A DNA stretch of 64,000 nt, from positions 1,713 through 65,712 of the forward strand of contig JAHJYA010000108.1 of assembly GCA_018826895.1 (NCBI GenBank), given 5' to 3'. Each line of letters starts with the position of its first letter. Positions within the stretch are counted from its first letter, which is position 1. This DNA comes from Gammaproteobacteria bacterium (GTDB lineage: Bacteria; Pseudomonadota; Gammaproteobacteria; Pseudomonadales; Pseudomonadaceae). A program made the translations under genes and the position numbers. Under the pieces are notes generated by a model. That model did no database searches. It saw only the letters and a list, made by a program, of their open reading frames with translations, and was not told where the DNA came from. This document shows positions 22,025 through 32,444 of this stretch, piece after piece.

Positions 22025-25000
22025 TCAGCCGGCCGAGCCGACCTCCAGCCAATGCAGCAGGCGCTCGAGCAGCTCATCCTGGCCAACCGGTTTGGCCAGG
22101 TAGTCGTCCGCCCCACAGGCCAGGCACTTGTCTCGGTCCCCTTTCATCGCGTGGGCGGTCAGGGCGATGATCGGAATCTGACAACCATGCTCCTGCTTGA
22201 GCAGGCGGGTGGCGGTGTAGCCGTCCATGATCGGCATCGCCATGTCCATCAAAATCAGGTCGTGACCGCCCTGCAGAAACCGCTCAATGGCCTCGGCGCC
22301 ATCCTTGGCCGTGCTGATCTGCAGCCCCGCTTCGTCGAGCAGAGCGCTAAGGGCATAGACATTACGGATGTCATCATCGACCAACAGCACTCGCCGCCCC
22401 TGCAAGCGATGAGCCCGGGGCTCGGGCGCAGACAAGGTGCTCGCCGGCACCCGTTCGAGAAAGCCCTGCACCGCCTGACTCAGTTGCTGCAGGTCATCGC
22501 CCTGCTTGCGCACGACCACTGCACTGAAGCGTCGCAGCAGTTGCAGGTGGCGCTGACCTACATCCACGCCGGTATTGACGACAATGCGCTGACCGGCCAG
22601 CGGACGGATCTGGTCAAGTTGTTCGAGCAGCGCAAAGCCGTCCTGATCAGGCAGATCCAGGTCGACCACCAGCGCGGCGAACGACTGCTCGCGGTAGGCG
22701 GCCACCGCCTCACTGCCGTCGGCACAGGCGTGTACGGCAAAGCCCAAATGCTGCAAGTACTCGCGATAGTGCTCGCGCTCCACCGGTACATCCTCGACCA
22801 GCAGCAACGCCTGTTGGGGCGTATCGCTATCGTGCTGCAACCGCGCGAATACGGCTGCCAGGTCATCCTGGCTGATCGGTTTGACCAGGTAGCGGGTGCC
22901 GTCCTCGTTCCAGTCGGCCGGTTGCGGCACGCAGGAAATGATATGCACGGGAACATGGCGATAAGAGGCCTGGCTGCGTAGGCGTCGGAACAGCTGCCAG
23001 CCACTGATATCCGGCAGCAGGATGTCGAGCACCACAGCACTGAAATGCTCTTGTTGCAGCAGTGCCAGCGCCTGCAAGCCCGTCCGGCAATGTACGCTGG
23101 CAAAGCCGTGAGCCTGGGCTTCTTCGACCAGCACAGCGGCAAAGTTGGCATCATCCTCGACGATCAGCACCGTCGACCCAGCACCCCGACGTACGGGCTG
23201 CGCACCGCTGGTAGCCGGTTCCTGCACAGTCGCGATCTGCACGGGTAAGCGAACGATAAAACAGGCGCCTTGCCCCGGCGCACTGCGCAGTTCGATCTCG
23301 CCATCCAGGGCCTGCACCAGTTGCCGGGTAATGGCCAGCCCCAGGCCCGTGCCCCCGAAGCGCCGGCTGGTAGAACCGTCAATCTGCTGAAACGCCTGGA
23401 AAATCAGCTCGTGCTGGTCGGCGGCAATACCGATGCCGCTGTCCTGCACGATAAAGCTCAGCCACTCGAGCTCGCCCTCCCCCTGCCGCTCGGCATCGAC
23501 AAGCAGGCTGACATCGCCTTGCTCGGTAAATTTCAGCGCATTGGACAGCAGGTTGCGCAGGATCTGTGTCAGCCGCACCCGGTCTGCCAGCACCAGGCGC
23601 GGCACGGCGTCGGCCAGGCGGGTTTGCAGACGCAAGCCCTTGAGCTCAGCCATTGGGCGCATGCCGGCATCCAGTTCGACGAGCATTTCCTGCAGGTCCA
23701 TCGGCTCGATCTTCAACTGCATGCGCCCGGACTCAACCTTGGCCAGGTCGAGAATATTGTTTATCAACTGCAGTAGATCGCTCCCGGCGCGATAGACGAT
23801 ATCGGCGTGCTTGGTCTGCTTCTCCGAGAGATTGCCGGTGGTGTTCTGCCGCAGCTGATCGCTGAGGATCAGGATACTGTTGAGCGGCGTACGCAGCTCA
23901 TGGGACATATTGGCCAGAAACTCCGACTTGTAGCGGTTGGCCAATACCAATTGCTCGGCCTGCTCACGCAGGCGTTGCTCGGCGGCCTTGCGCTCGCTGA
24001 TGTCGATAATCACCGCCTGTACCAACACCTCTCCGCCACTGTGCAGGGGCGACAGACCGACCTCCAGCGGAATCAGGTGGCCATCGCGGTGCTGGCCGAA
24101 CAGGTCCCGATTGCCGCCCATGCGACGCGGCTCTGGGCTGACCTGATAGCCCTGGCGATAGGGCACATGCCCCTTGCGTAATGCCTCGGGCAGCAACATC
24201 TCCACAGGCTGGCCCAACATTGCGTCCCGTGCATGGCCGAACAACTGCTCAGTCTGCCGATTGACCATCGCTATCTGCCCCCGGCTGTCGACCAGGACAA
24301 TGGCATTGGGCGAGGCATCGACCACCAGACGAAAGCGTTCATCGGCACTCTTGCGCAGGCGCAGGTCGACCAGATTGAGCAGGTAGGTAGTCCCGGCCGA
24401 ATCCGTCAGCGCACATAAACTCAACGATACCGGCAGCGCGCCACCACTGTCGGGACACAGGTCATAGTCACGGGTCGCTGCCGTATCGCCCAGCTCGTCT
24501 GCGAGATCGGCCAAGCCCCCCAGCACGGGAATGAAGCGCCGCACGCGCTCACCCTGCAAACCTGCCAGTGGGCAATTAAGCAGTTCTACTGCTCGCAGAT
24601 TGGCCATTTCGATGCGCCCTTGGGCATCACACAACAGCGTCGCGACGGGCAGGCGCTCGACCAATTGTCGAAAACGCTCTTCGCGCTCACGTAATAGCTC
24701 GGTGGCCCGTCGCGAACGCGATAGTTCACGCTCACGCACATACAGGTAGCCACCGATCAGCAACGCCAACAAGCTCGCCGCACACAGCGCCAGCCATAAG
24801 CCGAACTGGCTATGGCCTTTACCCAGAGCGGCGTCATAGAGAGGCGTGCTGGCGACATCCAGCAGCCAGATACGACCATATAACGGCAGCTCCAGCTGCT
24901 GACGAAAACGTGAGGCATGCAGCGCTTCAAGCTGTTCGATACTGAGCAGCTCGCGGCCATTCGCCGCCTGATCGCGAATGGCGATAGAGAATAGCCGACC

Positions 25001-25744
25001 CTGGGGACCGAGAATCCCGGCCATCAGCTCCTGGCTACGGAATGCGCCATAGACCACTCCGCTGAGGGCCTGACTGCGTGCCTCGGGGTCTTGCAGCGCT
25101 GCGTCATCCGCATACACCGGCAGGTACAACAACACGCCGGTCAGCTGGTTATCATCGCCATCCTGGCGCAGTGTGAGCGGTGCGCTGAGCACTGCCTGGC
25201 CACTGCGCCGGGCAGTCTCGATCGCAACCTGACGGCTGGGGTGGCCAAGCATGTCATAGCCTTCGGTCTGGCGATTCTGCCTGGTCGGCGGGCTAACGAA
25301 GTCCACCAGAACATATTCTTCCGCTGGCTCACGTGGCTTAGGGTAGGTTTCACGGCCGTCCTCACGAACCTCACGTATAAAGGTATCGAGCTGTTCGCGG
25401 CCAAGACGCCGGGCCCAGCCCAGGGCAAGCACACCGGGGTAGCGCTCTTCGATCTGCAACTGATCGACGGCCTCTTGCCACTCCTCGGCCGTGACCTGAT
25501 CGCTGCCGATCATCAGCCCGGACAAGCCACGCAAGGTCATTTCATAGGCACGCATGCGCGTCTCAACCTGCTGACCGATGCCCTGCACCTCTAGCTGGAA
25601 ACGTTGTTGCAGCGCCTCTTCATTGCGCGCATCGAGTAAACGCCATTGCCAGACCACCACACCATTGAGGATCAATAGCAGCAGTAGGCTGACACCAATT
25701 GGCAAGCGCATATGCAAGGAAGGAGCAGGCGACCTATCGTCCAT
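22025..25744 (-). CDS. Hybrid sensor histidine kinase CHASE-PAS-PAS-HisKA-HATPase-REC-REC-REC
   Basis: Two TM helices around a CHASE-like domain, [15 protein letters not shown]-box, GGTGLGL G2 box, three receiver domains. Confidence 0.9.
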   Translation of the reverse strand: MDDRSPAPSLHMRLPIGVSLLLLLILNGVVVWQWRLLDARNEEALQQRFQLEVQGIGQQVETRMRAYEMTLRGLSGLMIGSDQVTAEEWQEAVDQLQIEERYPGVLALGWARRLGREQLDTFIREVREDGRETYPKPREPAEEYVLVDFVSPPTRQNRQTEGYDMLGHPSRQVAIETARRSGQAVLSAPLTLRQDGDDNQLTGVLLYLPVYADDAALQDPEARSQALSGVVYGAFRSQELMAGILGPQGRLFSIAIRDQAANGRELLSIEQLEALHASRFRQQLELPLYGRIWLLDVASTPLYDAALGKGHSQFGLWLALCAASLLALLIGGYLYVRERELSRSRRATELLREREERFRQLVERLPVATLLCDAQGRIEMANLRAVELLNCPLAGLQGERVRRFIPVLGGLADLADELGDTAATRDYDLCPDSGGALPVSLSLCALTDSAGTTYLLNLVDLRLRKSADERFRLVVDASPNAIVLVDSRGQIAMVNRQTEQLFGHARDAMLGQPVEMLLPEALRKGHVPYRQGYQVSPEPRRMGGNRDLFGQHRDGHLIPLEVGLSPLHSGGEVLVQAVIIDISERKAAEQRLREQAEQLVLANRYKSEFLANMSHELRTPLNSILILSDQLRQNTTGNLSEKQTKHADIVYRAGSDLLQLINNILDLAKVESGRMQLKIEPMDLQEMLVELDAGMRPMAELKGLRLQTRLADAVPRLVLADRVRLTQILRNLLSNALKFTEQGDVSLLVDAERQGEGELEWLSFIVQDSGIGIAADQHELIFQAFQQIDGSTSRRFGGTGLGLAITRQLVQALDGEIELRSAPGQGACFIVRLPVQIATVQEPATSGAQPVRRGAGSTVLIVEDDANFAAVLVEEAQAHGFASVHCRTGLQALALLQQEHFSAVVLDILLPDISGWQLFRRLRSQASYRHVPVHIISCVPQPADWNEDGTRYLVKPISQDDLAAVFARLQHDSDTPQQALLLVEDVPVEREHYREYLQHLGFAVHACADGSEAVAAYREQSFAALVVDLDLPDQDGFALLEQLDQIRPLAGQRIVVNTGVDVGQRHLQLLRRFSAVVVRKQGDDLQQLSQAVQGFLERVPASTLSAPEPRAHRLQGRRVLLVDDDIRNVYALSALLDEAGLQISTAKDGAEAIERFLQGGHDLILMDMAMPIMDGYTATRLLKQEHGCQIPIIALTAHAMKGDRDKCLACGADDYLAKPVGQDELLERLLHWLEVGSAG

Positions 25745-25858
25745 GATGACTCCGTGCGCACCGGAGCAAGCCGGTGAAGCTAAAGGGAACGTACAGGGAG
25801 TCTAGTCAGAAATAACAACACTGGCGTTGCGCCAGTGTTGCGGCACTCGACAGCCCGC

Positions 25859-25888
25859 CTAATAGGCCGTTTTTCAACAGCCTGTTAG
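25859..25888 (-). repeat. 30-bp palindromic mini-repeat, copy 1
   Basis: Minus strand CTAACAGGCTGTTGAAAAACGGCCTATTAG; 25/30 identical to 54306-54335. Confidence 0.7.
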
Positions 25889-25903
25889 AGCGGGGACAGC
25901 GCT

Positions 25904-26560
25904 TTACAGAGGGCGCAGGTTGATCTCGACGCGACGGTTCTGCGCACGACCGGCTTCGTTGGCATTACTGGCAATCGGCTGGCTCGGGCCGGCGCCATAG
26001 GCAGAAATACGCGAGGCCTGTACGCCATTACCGCTCAGGTAGGCGGCTACGCTCTGCGCGCGACGGTTGGACAGGTTCTGGTTCAGTTCGAGCGAGCCGG
26101 TACTGTCGGTATGACCGACGATATCGATACCGTTCTTGTCGAACTCCTTGAAGGTCAGCACCAGGGAGTTGAGCGTGCCGTAGAAGCCGCTGGAGATATC
26201 TGCCGAATTACTGGCAAAAGTGATGTTGCCCGGCATGATCAGCTTCAGGTCGTTGCCATTACGCTGCACTTGCACACCAGTGCCCTGCAGGGTCTGACGC
26301 AGCTTGGCTTCCTGGGTATCGACGTAGTAGCCGTAGCCACCACCGGCCGCCCCACCCACGGCAGCGCCGATCAGTGCACCCTTGCCGCGGTCCTTCTTGC
26401 TCGACGTGGCAGCGCCGATCAGTGCACCGGTTACGGCGCCCACACCACCATAAATACCGGCCTTGCCTGCCTGGCTTTCTCCGGTATAGGGGTTGGTCGT
26501 ACAGCCGGCCAACAGCGTAAAGCCTGCTATCGCCAGGATCAGATTGCGCCAGTTCTTCAT
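25904..26560 (-). CDS. OmpA family lipoprotein (YiaD-like)
   Basis: Lipobox LAGC, glycine zipper, GHTDSTG, LSNRRAQSV, NRRVEI. Confidence 0.93.
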   Translation of the reverse strand: MKNWRNLILAIAGFTLLAGCTTNPYTGESQAGKAGIYGGVGAVTGALIGAATSSKKDRGKGALIGAAVGGAAGGGYGYYVDTQEAKLRQTLQGTGVQVQRNGNDLKLIMPGNITFASNSADISSGFYGTLNSLVLTFKEFDKNGIDIVGHTDSTGSLELNQNLSNRRAQSVAAYLSGNGVQASRISAYGAGPSQPIASNANEAGRAQNRRVEINLRPL

Positions 26561-26701
26561 AGGACTTCCTTAAACAGATGGTTCTGAGCGGCATTACGCC
26601 GCGAACTTCGAGCAGTGGTTATGCAGCTAAGTTCCATAACCGTCTGTAGACCTGACGCACTCGCTGCGCCATAAAGCACAGCCTATGCCTTGAGCCTCGT
26701 C

Positions 26702-27370
26702 TTATTGTGCGCCGGGTAACGGTCGCAGGGTTACCTCGACCCGTCGATTCTGCGCGCGACCCTCGGCGTTATCGTTACTGGCTATGGGCTGGTCAGGGCC
26801 CATGCCACGGGTGCTCAGCCGCGTGGCATCCACACCCTGGGCCAGCAGGTAATCGGCCACACTCTGGGCGCGGCGCTGCGACAAACTCATGTTGTAACTG
26901 TGCGCACCGGTGCTATCGGTATGCCCGACCACCTCGATGCTGTTCTGGTTGTACGAGCGGAACGACGTCGCCAGATTGTTCAATGGCGCATAGAAACTGC
27001 TGGCGATCTGCGCCGAGTCTGTGGCAAAGGTGATATTGCCCGGCATGATCAGCTGGATCACATCACCTTCACGCTGCACCTCGATACCGGTGCCCTCCAT
27101 GCTCCGGCGCAACTCGGCTTCCTGCTTGTCGGCGTAGTAGCCGTAGCCCGCGGCTGCAGCACCCGCGACCGCAGCACCAATCAGCGCGCCTTTGCCGCGA
27201 TTATCGTGGTTGATCAACGCACCCGCCGCCGCCCCAGCCAGGGCGCCCAGGCCACCGTAAGTCGCCGTACGGTTACTGCTCGGGGCACGCTGATCGTAAG
27301 GATTTTGCGAAGAGCAACCGGCCAACAGGAATACACAGGCACAGGCAATAAGCGAAGAACGACGCAGCAT
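26702..27370 (-). CDS. OmpA family lipoprotein (YiaD-like), tandem paralog
   Basis: Lipobox LAGC, GHTDSTG, NRRVEV; RBS GAGGAG favours ATG 27370. Confidence 0.93.
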   Translation of the reverse strand: MLRRSSLIACACVFLLAGCSSQNPYDQRAPSSNRTATYGGLGALAGAAAGALINHDNRGKGALIGAAVAGAAAAGYGYYADKQEAELRRSMEGTGIEVQREGDVIQLIMPGNITFATDSAQIASSFYAPLNNLATSFRSYNQNSIEVVGHTDSTGAHSYNMSLSQRRAQSVADYLLAQGVDATRLSTRGMGPDQPIASNDNAEGRAQNRRVEVTLRPLPGAQ

Positions 27371-27433
27371 GGGAAACACTCCTCAAGGAAGACCACAGCA
27401 CTCGGATTCTACGCCTGGCCCAGCAGTGCAGCA

Positions 27434-28078
27434 TCAGGCGCGGATAAACGGGTTCTCGCGCATTTCATCGCCCAGCCGGGTATCAGCGCCGTGGCCGGTG
27501 ACCACAGTCGCGTCCTCATCCAGGCAGTACAAACGCTGCTTGATCGAACGCTCGATGGTCGCGTAATCCCCACCCCACAGATCGGTTCGCCCGATCCCAC
27601 GCTTGAACAGCGTGTCACCGGCAATCAGCAGCTTGGCATCGGCAAACCAGAAGCTCATCGACCCCGGCGTGTGTCCAGGTGTATGCAGCGCTACACCACA
27701 GCCACAGGCCAGTTCCTCGTCATCACTCAACCACTGATCAGGCGCTGGCACCGGCGTGTACGGTACACCGAACATGCGGCACTGCATCTCCAGTCCATCC
27801 CACAAGAACTGATCCTCCTTATGCAGGTGCAGCGTCGCCCCGGTTTTCTCCTTCATCTGCCCGGAGGCCAGAAAATGATCCAGATGGGCATGGGTGTGAA
27901 TGATGCTCACCACCTTGAGCCCATGGGCCTCCAGACGCGCCATGATCAAGTCAGGATTACCTCCCGGATCGACCACAATGGCCTTCTTGGTCAGCGGGTC
28001 GCCGATGATTGTGCAGTTGCACTGCAAAGGGCCGACGGGGAAGGTTTCGCGGATTAGCACAGGACCGGACACACTCAT
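27434..28078 (-). CDS. MBL-fold metallo-hydrolase (glyoxalase II-like)
   Basis: THAHLDH, HTPGHTPG, GDTLF, GHG. Confidence 0.92.
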   Translation of the reverse strand: MSVSGPVLIRETFPVGPLQCNCTIIGDPLTKKAIVVDPGGNPDLIMARLEAHGLKVVSIIHTHAHLDHFLASGQMKEKTGATLHLHKEDQFLWDGLEMQCRMFGVPYTPVPAPDQWLSDDEELACGCGVALHTPGHTPGSMSFWFADAKLLIAGDTLFKRGIGRTDLWGGDYATIERSIKQRLYCLDEDATVVTGHGADTRLGDEMRENPFIRA

Positions 28079-28091
28079 TACCGCCCTCCTC

Positions 28092-29000
28092 TTACTGCGG
28101 CTTGCACGGCGCGTGCTGCTCCGTGGCCTGGCTGACGTTGCTGCCCGGTGGCACGCTGCGGGTCAGCCAGACGTTGCCGCCGATGGTCGAGCCCTGGCCG
28201 ATGGTGATGCGCCCGAGAATGGTCGCACCGGCATAGATCACCACGTCATCTTCGACAATGGGGTGGCGTGGCAGGCCTTTGTGCAGTTGCCCGGTTTCAT
28301 CGGCGGTGAAGCGTTTGGCGCCGAGGGTCACTGCCTGGTAGATGCGCACGCGGTCGCCGATGATTGCGGTCTCGCCGATCACCACACCGGTACCGTGGTC
28401 GATAAAGAAGCTGTGGCCAATACGCGCGCCGGGGTGGATGTCGATGCCGGTGGACGAGTGGGCATGCTCGGCGATGATGCGCGCCAGCAAAGTCAGGCCA
28501 ACGCTATAGAGATAATGGGCCACGCGGTGGTGGATCACCGCGATGATGCCGGGGTAGCACAGCAGCACTTCATCGACGGTACGCGCAGCAGGATCGCCGT
28601 GGAAGGCGGCCGTCACGTCCAGGTCGAGCGAACGGCGCAGGGCCGGCAGACCGCTGGCGAAGCCACGTACGACCTGCTGGGCCTGGGCTTCGATATCGTC
28701 TTCGGCGTCGCCACGGGCACGGGCCACATAACGCAGTTCCAAACGCACCTGGGTCAGCAGACTATTGAGCGCGGTATCCAGGGTGTGGCCCACGTAGAAA
28801 TCTTCGTTGACCTCCCGCAGGTCGTTTGGCCCGAGGCGCATCGGAAACAGTGCGCCACTGAGCAGGCGCAGGATATCGGCCATGACTTCGCGCGAGGGCA
28901 ACTCCCGCTCGCCCTGTTCGCGGGCGCGGCCAGTGGCGGTGCGCCATTCGGCCCGGGCCTCACGCAGTTGCTCGACTATCTGGTCCAGTTGCCAGTTCAC
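28092..29000 (-). CDS. Serine O-acetyltransferase (long N-terminal, EpsC/SrpH type)
   Basis: GDPAA, GIDIHPGARIG, FIDHGTGVVIGET, RHP; GTG start with GAGGGG RBS. Confidence 0.9.
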   Translation of the reverse strand: MNWQLDQIVEQLREARAEWRTATGRAREQGERELPSREVMADILRLLSGALFPMRLGPNDLREVNEDFYVGHTLDTALNSLLTQVRLELRYVARARGDAEDDIEAQAQQVVRGFASGLPALRRSLDLDVTAAFHGDPAARTVDEVLLCYPGIIAVIHHRVAHYLYSVGLTLLARIIAEHAHSSTGIDIHPGARIGHSFFIDHGTGVVIGETAIIGDRVRIYQAVTLGAKRFTADETGQLHKGLPRHPIVEDDVVIYAGATILGRITIGQGSTIGGNVWLTRSVPPGSNVSQATEQHAPCKPQ

Positions 29001-29252
29001 CGTTCACTCCCCTCTGCAACACGGGCCGCCGGATACCGGCCGCCGCGATAGTGATTCGAACCCAGGCTGCCAGCATGCTGGAGGCCAAGGAGCCGCAGTA
29101 TAGGGAAAGCCGTCTGCCTACGTCTCGCCCACCTTGAATGATGTGATGAACACTGCAGCGCGACTTCAATGATGTGGCGGTCAGCACAATCGCAGCTAGT
29201 CACGGCTGACGCACTCAAGTTGGCGCGCTACTAAACGGGCCGCTTTTGAGCA

Positions 29253-29615
29253 TTACGGCCGACGCAGAGCGCGCCCCATGGCCTGATCGACATGCTCGCG
29301 CCACGCCTGATCACGCTCATCATCGCCGCGCAGAGCTCGGCGCTGCTCATACTCGCGCCCTGCCTGGCACTGCCGAAAACCGTCGTCCCAGCCCACGGCA
29401 TACTCCGGCACCGCCAGGTAGCGCGGCACATCCTTGCGAAAGCGCTGCAACCCGCCAGCAGCCTGCAGGCCGCTCTGGCAACCCGCCTCGAAACCCTCGA
29501 CGAACACCGCCGGGTAACCCTCGGCAAGTAGTTGCTGAGAGGTGCTCTGACACCCGCCTAACAGCAAAATACCAAACACTAAAAACCCGGTACGGCGTAA
29601 GGCCAGAACGCACAT
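29253..29615 (-). CDS. Conserved hypothetical lipoprotein of ColRS-type loci
   Basis: Lipobox LGGC; GYPAVFVEGFEAGC..GWDDGFRQC; TGATG overlap with the PAP2 gene. Confidence 0.75.
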   Translation of the reverse strand: MCVLALRRTGFLVFGILLLGGCQSTSQQLLAEGYPAVFVEGFEAGCQSGLQAAGGLQRFRKDVPRYLAVPEYAVGWDDGFRQCQAGREYEQRRALRGDDERDQAWREHVDQAMGRALRRP

Positions 29616-30352
29616 CAGGCTTGCTCCTGCACACGTAGATCTGCGCGAACCTGTACTGGTAGAACAGGAGCAGGACGGTATAGCAGCACGCGGTATATCA
29701 ACAGGCAGATGGTCCAGTCGAGCAGCAGCGTCCAGATGTTATGGGAGAGAAAATGTGCGCCCTGCATCATCCGTCCCAGGGAAAAGATACTGCCCAGCCC
29801 CAGCGCGACGATCAGTGCTACACGGGCAACCCGCGGCTGGCGATCCCGCAGGGCGAAGAACAATGCCAGTAGGCTGAAACCGGATGCTGCATGACCACCC
29901 GGCAAGCAGCGCCCGGGTTTGTCGGTCGCGACATGCGCGCCCAACAACGGGGCGAACGCCTGGTTGCCGCCAAACTCGCTGAGGCTCCAGGGGCAGTGCA
30001 CGCCGGTCAGGGTTTTTAGCGGGTTGATGATGCTGGTCGACAGGCCGAGCGCCAGCACCAGATACCCGAGGGTCCTGCGCCATAGCCGCAGCCGGGTCGG
30101 CAACAGGCTGAGCAGGAAACCGCCGATGGCCAGTACACCAAGCACGATCACCGCCTGTTTGGCCCGGTCATGCAGGATGTCCTCTAGCCAGAAGCTGTGG
30201 CGTCCGACAAAGCCTTGCCCTGGTGTGTAAAACAGGTGCGCCAAGGCAAAATCCAGCGGGCTGACTTCCACCGCCAACAGCAGTGCCATCAATAACAAGG
30301 GAATACCTAGACCGAGGCGAAAATCAAAAGGGCGCGAAGGGATGACAGGCAT
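29615..30352 (-). CDS. PAP2 family membrane phosphatase
   Basis: KTLTGVHCP, PGGHA, RMMQGAHFLSH motifs; start ATG 30352. Confidence 0.88.
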   Translation of the reverse strand: MPVIPSRPFDFRLGLGIPLLLMALLLAVEVSPLDFALAHLFYTPGQGFVGRHSFWLEDILHDRAKQAVIVLGVLAIGGFLLSLLPTRLRLWRRTLGYLVLALGLSTSIINPLKTLTGVHCPWSLSEFGGNQAFAPLLGAHVATDKPGRCLPGGHAASGFSLLALFFALRDRQPRVARVALIVALGLGSIFSLGRMMQGAHFLSHNIWTLLLDWTICLLIYRVLLYRPAPVLPVQVRADLRVQEQA

Positions 30353-30383
30353 CTTGCAAAACTCCATAGCGAGCATAGGCAGC

Positions 30384-32342
30384 TCAACGTTGGCTAAGCG
30401 CGTTCGGTGATGCAGGTTTTGACTGCCAGGCCAGCAGACCTGTCTGGAAGGCATGACTGGCCCCCTGGTAATAGGCAATGTCGCGGCGCAGAAGTGGGTC
30501 GTCCGTATCCACGCGGATTTCCCGGCTCAGGCTCAGCGCATCGTCATGCCGGCGCATGCCATATCGAGGGCTGAGAATGGCCAGGCTGTGGCCGTCGAAT
30601 AGCCCCAGATGCTGGTAGTTACCCAACAGTGCGCGACCGGGCGCACTGTCATCACGCAGCAGGTTGCGGCCGAAGAAGGTCGAGGTGTAATCCTGGTTGA
30701 GCAGCCCCAGCAGGGTCGGCGCCACGTCTATCTGGCTGGCGACATCGCTGATCTCGCGAGGCTGGACCAGGCCTGGGGCATAAATGAACAGGGGGATGTG
30801 GTAGTTGGCCACGGGTAGGTCTTCCTTGCCCGCACTGCCGGCAGTGTGGTCCGCCACAAAGACGAACAGGGTACGGGCGAACCAGGGTTTCTCACGGGCC
30901 TGGGCGAGGAATTGGCCGATGGCGTAGTCGGTGTACTTGACCGCGCCTTCGCGGCCTTCGCCGGAGGCAATGTCGATGCGCCCGTCTGGGTAGGTGTAGG
31001 GCCGGTGGTTGGAGGTGGTCATCAACTGCAGGAAAAATGGCGTATCGGACGCCGCGTCGCGGTCCGCCACCTTGAGTGCCTGGGCATAAAGGTCTTCATC
31101 GCACATGCCCCAGGCGTTCTCGAAATGGATATCGGCGGACGCCACACTGCTCTGGTCGACGATGCGGTAGCCATTGCCGGCAAAGAACGCGTTCATATTG
31201 TCGAAGTAACCGCGGCCGCCGTAGAGGAATACGCTGTCATAGCCCTTGCTGCGCAGTTGCTGGCCAAGGCTGGCATAACCGGACTCGCGGCCAATACGCT
31301 TGACGATGGAGCGACCCGGCGTGGGCGGAATCGACAGGGTCAGCGCCTCCAGCCCACGGTCGGTCCGCGTTCCGGTGGCGTAGAGATTACTGAAGGTCAG
31401 GCTTTGCCCACGTAGCGCATCCAGGTTCGGCGTCAGCCCCCGTGGGTCGCCGAAACTGCCTAGGTAGCGCGCGCTCAGGCTCTCGACCGTTACTAGCACC
31501 ACATTGAGCGAGCGGGCGATGCCGGGGTTGTCGATGACCCGGCGAATATCTTCGGGGTCGCTGCCGATAAAGCGGGCATTCGGTTCACCCACCTCATCGC
31601 GCAACAGGCTGGCCACAGCTGGCTCGGGCAGCGTGCTGTAGAACTGGCGATAGTCCAGCTCGTTGTTGCGAAACGCGGCAAAGAACTGGAACGGCCCGCT
31701 GCTGGCCAACTCGCGCTGATACGCATTACCACCCGTGCTGCGTGGAGCATCTTGGCCAATCAACAGGCTATTCAAGCCGAGCAGCCCCAGTAGCACCACC
31801 AGGCCCATCCCGACGCCCGCTGGGGGCAGGCGTGGGGCCTGCAGCGCCGCCATGATCGCCGGGCGCAGCAGCCATGTCAGCCCTGTCGCAATCAGGCCCA
31901 ATAGCGCCAGCAAGGGGTAGACCGGATAAGACTCAAGGATGTTATCGAGCACCTCCTTGGAATACACCAGGTAGTCGACGGCAATGAAATTGAAGCGCAC
32001 GCCGAATTCGTCCCAGAACAGCCACTCGGCTACGGCAGTAAACAGCATGACAAACAGGCTCAGCCCAGACAGGCCGAGCAACACTCGCTGATGCCAGCGC
32101 TGGCGCCACAACAGGTTCGGGCATAACAGCAGGTACAGCGCCATGGGCGCGAGGGCGTAGAGCAAAAAGGCCAGGTCGTATACCAGGCCGATGCCATACA
32201 GGCTGGGCAGGCCCGTCAGGCTTAGGCTAGCCTGCGTCCAATGGCTGACAAGTAGTACAGTGCGCGTCAGAAAGAAGACCGCTAGCCAAGTCAGCGCGAT
32301 GATCGCCAGGTAGCGAAGCTGCGCATAATGAAACTGGTGCAT
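30384..32342 (-). CDS. LTA synthase / phosphoglycerol transferase family sulfatase
   Basis: About 5 TM helices followed by VES, TGTRT (catalytic Thr), SNHRPY, ADH metal-binding motifs. Confidence 0.9.
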   Translation of the reverse strand: MHQFHYAQLRYLAIIALTWLAVFFLTRTVLLVSHWTQASLSLTGLPSLYGIGLVYDLAFLLYALAPMALYLLLCPNLLWRQRWHQRVLLGLSGLSLFVMLFTAVAEWLFWDEFGVRFNFIAVDYLVYSKEVLDNILESYPVYPLLALLGLIATGLTWLLRPAIMAALQAPRLPPAGVGMGLVVLLGLLGLNSLLIGQDAPRSTGGNAYQRELASSGPFQFFAAFRNNELDYRQFYSTLPEPAVASLLRDEVGEPNARFIGSDPEDIRRVIDNPGIARSLNVVLVTVESLSARYLGSFGDPRGLTPNLDALRGQSLTFSNLYATGTRTDRGLEALTLSIPPTPGRSIVKRIGRESGYASLGQQLRSKGYDSVFLYGGRGYFDNMNAFFAGNGYRIVDQSSVASADIHFENAWGMCDEDLYAQALKVADRDAASDTPFFLQLMTTSNHRPYTYPDGRIDIASGEGREGAVKYTDYAIGQFLAQAREKPWFARTLFVFVADHTAGSAGKEDLPVANYHIPLFIYAPGLVQPREISDVASQIDVAPTLLGLLNQDYTSTFFGRNLLRDDSAPGRALLGNYQHLGLFDGHSLAILSPRYGMRRHDDALSLSREIRVDTDDPLLRRDIAYYQGASHAFQTGLLAWQSKPASPNALSQR

Positions 32343-32413
32343 CGTCTCGGTCCTTACAGAATTAACCTGCTACCACTGTGCCCAGGCATCTGTGAGGCCA
32401 GCGTCAAGGCGAT

Positions 32414-32429
32414 GTGAAAAAACCGTCAA
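32414..32429 (-). promoter_or_regulatory. Predicted ColR binding box
   Basis: Minus strand TTGACGGTTTTTTCAC resembles the ColR consensus as remembered; similar box at 34380; weaker copy at 32392-32407. Confidence 0.65.
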
Positions 32430-32444
32430 AGAGGTCGCAGAGCG

